Virus record (IMG/VR): IMGVR_UViG_3300021425_000005 | Source: a virus | DNA length: 64,000 nucleotides | Reading direction: 5' to 3' (one strand) | Shown here: positions 58,098-64,000 of the stretch, piece by piece | Numbering within the stretch: the stretch's first letter is position 1 | Layout: the number at the start of each line of letters is the position of its first letter | Translations under genes and position numbers: made by a program | The notes under the pieces: generated by a model | Database searches by the model: none | What the model was told of the DNA's origin: nothing | The model's input: the letters and a program-made list of their open reading frames with translations, nothing else

Positions 58098-58530
58098 TTA
58101 TGTCACCTTCGATGATAGGAGCATCATCTTCTTTCAACGCTTTCATCAAGTCTGATGTGCTTCCATTAAATAAAACATTGGTCTGATGACCAATCTTGGC
58201 TACAGACGGTTTACCATCCGTCTCGTCTATTTTCTTTTTCTTAGCTTGGATATCCATCATATCCTTTGCTTGGTCGCCAAGAGCTTTGATGAGCTGACCA
58301 GCAACCTCATATGCTCGTGGATTGTCGCTATTCGTGGCGACATTCATAATACCTTGGATTGCTTCTTCGCCATAAACCATAGCTCGCTTCAGTGCATCGC
58401 GAGCTTCTTGAAAATCAGAATCTAAACCATCATTGATTGCTTTTTCGATAACAGGTTTAGCGGTTTCAAGTTCTTTGGTTGTAGTCTCAAATGTTTTATC
58501 TAATGCATCAAAAACTTTATTCTTAGTCAT
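58081..58530 (-). CDS. gp16: Terminase small subunit gp16
   Basis: DF..AR, SDNPRAYEVAGQLIK, F.GSTSDL.K. Confidence 0.93.
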   Translation of the reverse strand: MTKNKVFDALDKTFETTTKELETAKPVIEKAINDGLDSDFQEARDALKRAMVYGEEAIQGIMNVATNSDNPRAYEVAGQLIKALGDQAKDMMDIQAKKKKIDETDGKPSVAKIGHQTNVLFNGSTSDLMKALKEDDAPIIEGDINGSSD

Positions 58531-59533
58531 AACTCTGATCAAACTCCTCAAGGAATCGATATGTGTCATCTACTCCCTGATTTCCATCATCTGGTGCTTC
58601 AAATGTAACAGTCGGTGCTTCTACATACCCACTGCCAGCGTCATCAATAACAACGCTTGCGACCCTATACTTACCACTATTTAGCGGATCTACTTCCATA
58701 ACTGCATGCGCTCTACCATTCCCTGACAGAGTAATATTTGGTCCAGCTTCAGAATATCCTTCACCTTTATATGTTACAGCGATAGAATCAATAGCATCAC
58801 CACTTAAAGTAGCGACAGCCGTTGCAGTTGCTGCTGTAACTGTATATTTTTGTTCTGTGTATTCACCAACAAGATTAGGATTCTGATAAGTTTGAACGAT
58901 TGCTTTACGGATAATATCTTGATTGCCAACATAACCATAAAAGTTTAGCTTCATTGTAAATGTTAAAGTCCAAACAATACTTTGCCTCTCAGCAAACGAG
59001 CCTTGTGTATTATCCTCATACCCAATACTTTCGAGAAGGATTTTAATATCGCGTTTAATGCCAAGTTCAGGTAAATCATTTACTGTTATATTGAAGTCAG
59101 GATTAAAGTATGGTAAAATCTGCTCAATGATACGCAATCCATCTTCCTGATTTTTAGCAAAAAGATATAAGTTTAATGTCAAATCATATGGCGTCGAAAC
59201 AAAGGTCTTCGCCACTGATGTCGCCACATTTGTTGCTTTTTTGTGGACTTGAATAGGAGAGATTTTTCTTTGAGCATCATATTGTAATGCTGAAATTTCA
59301 AACCCCATGCGAGGAAGAACGATAGCTGTTTCTCCACGAGACTCTACTGTAGGAATCTGCTCAATACGCGACAAAAACTTTTGCTTTGTTGAATATGCAA
59401 GTGGAACTCTCAATGTTTGAACAATATCACCATCAGCATTTTTTCGTTCAATGTTGATATTATTGAAGACTGTTCCGAAAGCAATAATTGCTTTACGAAT
59501 ATGCTCGTTATAAAATGTCTTACCTTTAAACAT
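58523..59533 (-). CDS. gp15: Tail sheath stabiliser/terminator gp15 with C-terminal extra domain
   Basis: FGTVFNNI, VPLAY..KQKF, LPRMGFE, EQILPYFNP. Confidence 0.95.
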   Translation of the reverse strand: MFKGKTFYNEHIRKAIIAFGTVFNNINIERKNADGDIVQTLRVPLAYSTKQKFLSRIEQIPTVESRGETAIVLPRMGFEISALQYDAQRKISPIQVHKKATNVATSVAKTFVSTPYDLTLNLYLFAKNQEDGLRIIEQILPYFNPDFNITVNDLPELGIKRDIKILLESIGYEDNTQGSFAERQSIVWTLTFTMKLNFYGYVGNQDIIRKAIVQTYQNPNLVGEYTEQKYTVTAATATAVATLSGDAIDSIAVTYKGEGYSEAGPNITLSGNGRAHAVMEVDPLNSGKYRVASVVIDDAGSGYVEAPTVTFEAPDDGNQGVDDTYRFLEEFDQSYD

Positions 59534-60276
59534 TATAACTCTCCAAACGGATTAGATTCAGTAAAATCAAGAATATTACTTGCAACTTCTTCTGTATCGA
59601 AATCAGAGTTATCACCCTGAACAGAAGGTTTGATAGAGTAATCTTCTTTGATTAATGAACCGCCATCTTCAAGTTTAAGCATACCTGAACCATCTTCAAG
59701 GATAAGTTCGAACAACAACTGATCAACAGTGTTATCATCTTCGAGTTGGTCAATATCACTATAACCAGTTTCGATTTCTTCAGAGCTGTATTCAAACAGC
59801 TCACACTGCATACGGAAAACATAGATTTGACCGAGTTGATAGAATGGATCCTGAAACTCAACAAACTTTATTTCAAACAACGAGCGTGTTTTGGGGAAAT
59901 AAAGTAAGTCACCCTCAGAAGGTCTGTCATCTAATGTGAATGTTCCACCGCTCGTATCAACAAGTTGTTGCCAGCGTCTGCGAGAAAGAACGAAAGTTGC
60001 TTGGTCACGAACTTCTAAACCGAATCTTTGAAATAACTCACCATCTCCACCGAAACCGTCAACATTTTCCATATACATTTCGAGCGGATATGCTTGTTCA
60101 AACTTTGACAATTCATCTTCATCGAAAATAGTATCTCTGTTTACAAGAGTTCTTGGCATGTAATAAATGTCATGCCCATAAATTTTCAACGATTCAATGA
60201 TGAGATCCTCTACTAGACGCTGTTCGCTAGTAGTTCCAGATGTATCTCCGCTTTGAAAATAGAAATTAGTTGCCAT
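59533..60276 (-). CDS. gp14: Neck protein gp14
   Basis: EQRLVEDLIIESLKIYG, RPSEGDLLYFP, FYQLG, CELFEYS, NPFGE. Confidence 0.96.
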   Translation of the reverse strand: MATNFYFQSGDTSGTTSEQRLVEDLIIESLKIYGHDIYYMPRTLVNRDTIFDEDELSKFEQAYPLEMYMENVDGFGGDGELFQRFGLEVRDQATFVLSRRRWQQLVDTSGGTFTLDDRPSEGDLLYFPKTRSLFEIKFVEFQDPFYQLGQIYVFRMQCELFEYSSEEIETGYSDIDQLEDDNTVDQLLFELILEDGSGMLKLEDGGSLIKEDYSIKPSVQGDNSDFDTEEVASNILDFTESNPFGEL

Positions 60277-60278
60277 GA

Positions 60279-61241
60279 TTACCCTGTCATAAAGGTTGGT
60301 GGTAATTCATATCTAATTTGCATTTCCTCTTCGATTGTTGCGATTTCTTGAACAGCCTCACCATAAATTTGATCGCCATTGAGTGTAACACCTCCAGGAA
60401 GTTGGATGCCACCAAACTTCTTCATGTTCTCACCCCATTGGCGTTTGATCAAAGCTGTAGCATATTTCTTCAGCCACATATCATCATAAACTTCAGTGTA
60501 ATCAGTTCCGCTGACAAGAGCATAACCCTCAGCAATTACATAATCTCCGACATCAAATGTTTTATCCATGTCTGTGTCGATATATAATCTGTTGGTCTTA
60601 CGATTGAACCGAACTTGACGATCGGTGACAAACAAACTTTCTAAGACATTCATATGAGTTTTAACCATAGAAAAATATGTCACATCTGCACTTAGAAGAT
60701 TATACATATCATTCAAAGAGAATTGATAATCAACATCAAACAGACCATCTGATTTTGCACCAGCTGTTGCGCCAAATTTGAACATCTTTGTAATACCAAG
60801 AATATTGTCACCAATAGGAACATATCCGTTTTCAAGATCTCCAGGAGTAAAGGCATCAACAGCAGAAGAAGAAGCACTATAACCTGATTCTGCGCCAGTT
60901 AAAGTTTCTGATTCTTGAAAAGTTCCTTTTACATCATCAACAGTAAGAACTGAACCTGATGCTGCTTGTATTTTAGCAGTAGCACCAGATGTCCCACCTG
61001 TAACCTTTTCCCCAACTGTAAAGTTTGAAGCAAAGTTTGCTGAAAGATTCAATGACGAACCTGTGAGTTGGCGTTTAATGTAAACCCTTTCGACACCATC
61101 AAAGTGATACTCTTGCCACATTTGTAATGCGTCATCGATACGATCGCTTATCTGGTCATCGTCTACATTGATTTCGATTACAGGAAATCCCAATCTTCTT
61201 AGGCAGTAATCTATCAAATCTTGTCTAGAGGCTAATGCCAT
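60279..61241 (-). CDS. gp13: Neck protein gp13 with inserted domain
   Basis: YCLRRLGFPVIEINV, WLKKYATALIKRQWG.N..KF..LPGGVTLNG. Confidence 0.96.
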   Translation of the reverse strand: MALASRQDLIDYCLRRLGFPVIEINVDDDQISDRIDDALQMWQEYHFDGVERVYIKRQLTGSSLNLSANFASNFTVGEKVTGGTSGATAKIQAASGSVLTVDDVKGTFQESETLTGAESGYSASSSAVDAFTPGDLENGYVPIGDNILGITKMFKFGATAGAKSDGLFDVDYQFSLNDMYNLLSADVTYFSMVKTHMNVLESLFVTDRQVRFNRKTNRLYIDTDMDKTFDVGDYVIAEGYALVSGTDYTEVYDDMWLKKYATALIKRQWGENMKKFGGIQLPGGVTLNGDQIYGEAVQEIATIEEEMQIRYELPPTFMTG

Positions 61242-61250
61242 AGTTTACTC

Positions 61251-61859
61251 CTATGATTGGTCATAAGCATACAACAGAGCTTTCAGTGCAGTAATTTCTT
61301 GTTGAACAAAAGCTGTTGTTGCGATTTGTGTTGTATTTGTTCCTGTTGAAGCTGTAGGTGCGGTTGGCGTTCCTGTTAATGATGCGCTTGCGAGTGGAGC
61401 TTTCGTTGCAAGGCTATTTGTAATTGTTGTCGAAAAGTTTGCATCATCGCCCAAAGCAGCTGCCAACTCATTGAGAGTATTAAGCGCATCTGGAGCGGAA
61501 TCAATTGTCAATGCAATTTGATCGTTAACATAAGTTCTGGTAGCAATAACAGAGGTATCAACGGCAATAGAACCACTTCCTGCCAATGTAATACCAGTTC
61601 CTGCTGATAAGTAGGAGTCTATTTCTGCATCAACCCTTGCGTTTGTATAATAAAGGTTGGTAGAGCCTTCAGTTACTTGATCAGTGTCACCTGTAGCATT
61701 ACTTAGGTCAGCCTTTGCTTGTTCGTGACCACCAGCGGTTGTGCCGTCGTGAATTCGGAGAGTATAATCAGTTGTGCTAATAGTAAGTTCACCAGCAGCA
61801 CCAGTGAAATTATCGTTTTGAGTCTCCGTTCCTCTTCTAAATTGAACCTGTGTTGGCAT
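61251..61859 (-). CDS. Fibre/adaptor protein with Mtd-N-like N-terminus
   Basis: QVQFRRGT..FTGAAGEL..LRIHDG; EGSTNLYYT repeat; APDALNTLNELAAALGDD, ATTAFV fibre motifs. Confidence 0.8.
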   Translation of the reverse strand: MPTQVQFRRGTETQNDNFTGAAGELTISTTDYTLRIHDGTTAGGHEQAKADLSNATGDTDQVTEGSTNLYYTNARVDAEIDSYLSAGTGITLAGSGSIAVDTSVIATRTYVNDQIALTIDSAPDALNTLNELAAALGDDANFSTTITNSLATKAPLASASLTGTPTAPTASTGTNTTQIATTAFVQQEITALKALLYAYDQS

Positions 61860-61874
61860 CTTTTTATCCTATTT

Positions 61875-62195
61875 TTACGTCAATACGCCTAAATCTGTAG
61901 AAGAAACTGAACCTTGTGGTGTAGTTGAGCAATCAAATGACTGTGATGTAGGGACACCGAAAGCATCCTGAGTCGCACCTGTCAAATCACCGTAATCTCC
62001 TGTAGGAAAAGTTGTATTACTTTGTCCCTCAGATGGTTCTAGATAATTAGCAAGAGTTGTAATATTACCGTTTGAATCGCGCACATAAATGACTTTATCA
62101 GGAACATTGATAGCGATTTCACCAATCGCCAAGTCTGATGTGGATGGCGCAGATAGGGCAGTATTACTTCGTTTTGGCTTTATTACCGTTGCCAT
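61875..62195 (-). CDS. Small virion fibre-adaptor-like protein
   Basis: IKPKRS....AP..DL..GEIAIN..DK.IY. Confidence 0.7.
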   Translation of the reverse strand: MATVIKPKRSNTALSAPSTSDLAIGEIAINVPDKVIYVRDSNGNITTLANYLEPSEGQSNTTFPTGDYGDLTGATQDAFGVPTSQSFDCSTTPQGSVSSTDLGVLT

Positions 62196-62349
62196 AATTA
62201 TCTTCTAAATCCTCTTGCTCCACATTTAGAGCATTAATCTTATCTTGTGCCACAGCTAACTTTGCTTTGAGTAGGATATTCTCCTGATTCAGTTCATTCA
62301 CTTTACTGGCAAGCACATTTATATATTTATTTATCAGTTCTTCATCCAT
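62164..62349 (-). CDS. Small coiled-coil hypothetical protein
   Basis: GGAG SD before MDEELINKY. Confidence 0.7.
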   Translation of the reverse strand: MDEELINKYINVLASKVNELNQENILLKAKLAVAQDKINALNVEQEDLEDNYGNGNKAKTK

Positions 62350-62365
62350 AATATTCTCCATCATA

Positions 62366-62401
62366 AAGTTGGGGGGAGAGTTACTCCCCCCTTATTTATT
62401 A
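62366..62401 (-). repeat. ATAAATA + GGGGGGAG/CTCCCCCC hairpin + AACTT element (copy 2)
   Basis: Same architecture as 23633-23670. Confidence 0.65.
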
Positions 62402-64000
62402 GTATGTTCCACCATCAATCGTAGCAGCTGCCAGACGAGTGTCAAATGCTGAGTTGAAACGAGAGTCAGTGTAGTAGAGGTTTGTTGAACCTTCAGACAA
62501 ATCATCAGTGTCATGGTTTGACAATGATGAAACTGTGCCAGTTACGTTACCAGTGACATTACCTTCAATATTGGCGACCAAAGTAGCAACAGAATAACCT
62601 GTAGCACCTGTGTCAACTGTTGTAGTTGGAACTGTTTGTGAATCTTTAAAGAGTTTCCATTTACCGCTATCTGAAGCATCGCGGAAGAAACCAGAATAAA
62701 GATCCTGAGAACCAGTCGTATCATACAAGCCATAGAAACCAATATCAACTGAGTCAGCTGCACCGTTTCCAGAAGCAAGTGAGAACAATGGGTCAGTAAC
62801 TTCCAAGTTTGTTGTGGCAACAGTAGTAGTTGTGCCGTTAACAGTCAAGTTACCAGCGATTGTAACATCGTCTGGAAGACCAACTGTTACAGTGTTACCA
62901 GAAACTGCTGTAGTTACTTCGTTTGCTGTTCCAGAGATTGTAAGCGTTTCACCACCAGCAACAGCATTTGTTGTGCCACTATCAGCAGCAATATCAAAAG
63001 ATGTTGAGATAGAGTTTGTTGAAACAGCAGTTACACGACCCTTTGAATCGACTGTGATAGAAGGAACAGCAGAAGATGAACCATAAGAACCAGCGGTTAC
63101 GCCAGAATCAGCAAGAGTAGCTGAGATAGTTGCGTTAGCCGAACCATCAAAGTTTGCTGAACCAGTCGCGTCACCTGAAAGTGCGATACTACGAGCAGTC
63201 TCGAGAGAAGTAGCAGTTGCGGCATTACCAGATGTATCCTGATTACCAGCAGCGTTCACACCTGGAAGATTAATATTCGCTGAACCATCAAACGATACGC
63301 CGCCGATTGTGCGAGCAGTTTCAAGAGCAGTAGCTGTGTCAGCATTACCAGTTACATCACCAGTCAAGTCTGCAGTAACAGAAGCGAATGTTACATTAGC
63401 ATTTGTTGCGACATCCTGACCGATCGCGATATCGTCAGCATTTACTGTAACACCAGTGCCAGCACCGATATTCAATGTTACATCACCTGAAGTTCCGCCA
63501 CCTGTAAGACCGTTACCAGCCGTTACAGACTCAATATCGCCAGCTTCTGCAGCAATATCAAACTCACCAGTTGAAGAATTATATGTGAGGCGTGAACCAT
63601 CGGCAACACCAACAGCACCGCGAGCGCGAGTATTAGTGAAGTATTGGTTGGTTGAACCTTCGCTTACTGAATCAGTATCGAATGAGATATTTGCTGTGCC
63701 GTCAAAGCTAACACCGTTGATTGTGCGAGCAGTTTCAAGGGCAGTGGCAGATGATGCAGTTCCTGTCAAATCAGCAGTAATAGTTCCTGCTGTGAAGTTA
63801 CCTGAACCATCGCGCTTTACGATAGCAGATGCAGTATTTGCATTTGTAGCAGCATCTACAAGGTCTGTATAGTATTTACCACCGATCGCGTGAATAGCAG
63901 CAGAACCGCCTTCAGTAGATTCGATATAAAGTTTAGCGGATGCACCATTATTAGAGTCATCCATTGCATAAGCAAGTTCAGCAAGCGCAAGATCCGAAGT
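62399..64000 (-). CDS. Tail fibre-like protein (5' part outside the window)
   Basis: Frame is open to the right edge (TSDLALAELAYAMDD...); three ATxLETARxI repeats, two EGSTNxYxT repeats, C-terminal IDGGTY. Confidence 0.88.
   Translation of the reverse strand, partial: TSDLALAELAYAMDDSNNGASAKLYIESTEGGSAAIHAIGGKYYTDLVDAATNANTASAIVKRDGSGNFTAGTITADLTGTASSATALETARTINGVSFDGTANISFDTDSVSEGSTNQYFTNTRARGAVGVADGSRLTYNSSTGEFDIAAEAGDIESVTAGNGLTGGGTSGDVTLNIGAGTGVTVNADDIAIGQDVATNANVTFASVTADLTGDVTGNADTATALETARTIGGVSFDGSANINLPGVNAAGNQDTSGNAATATSLETARSIALSGDATGSANFDGSANATISATLADSGVTAGSYGSSSAVPSITVDSKGRVTAVSTNSISTSFDIAADSGTTNAVAGGETLTISGTANEVTTAVSGNTVTVGLPDDVTIAGNLTVNGTTTTVATTNLEVTDPLFSLASGNGAADSVDIGFYGLYDTTGSQDLYSGFFRDASDSGKWKLFKDSQTVPTTTVDTGATGYSVATLVANIEGNVTGNVTGTVSSLSNHDTDDLSEGSTNLYYTDSRFNSAFDTRLAAATIDGGTY

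Overview
This is a 64-kb segment of a large T4-like myophage, probably marine with a heterotrophic proteobacterial host (inferred; no photosynthesis genes are present). Nearly all genes lie on the minus strand. From right to left the window holds: tail-fibre/adaptor genes; the T4 neck, terminase, tail and head block (gp13-14-15-16-17-18-19-20-67-21-22-23-3); uvsY/uvsW and late sigma gp55; gp47/46, peptide deformylase, a CobT/CobS-like pair, gp45/44/62, regA, hsp20, gp43, uvsX and gp41; membrane genes; five tRNAs; and a late block of probable capsid-packaged internal proteins. Interleaved is an unusually rich tailoring-enzyme set. It comprises four B12-binding radical SAM enzymes in two tandem pairs, two TauD-like dioxygenases that both carry H-x-N instead of H-x-D, a third 2OG-Fe(II) oxygenase, a sulfotransferase, an overlapping APS-kinase/HxGH-nucleotidyltransferase pair (candidate PAPS supply), a glycosyltransferase, a GNAT, an SDR and a fatty-acid desaturase. 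Regulatory features visible in the DNA include sigma70-type promoters, TATAAATA late promoters, several apparently leaderless transcripts, tRNA-punctuated mRNAs, a ROSE-like thermometer and a repeated late-promoter-hairpin-AACTT element. All family assignments come from recognising motifs by eye; no searches were run.
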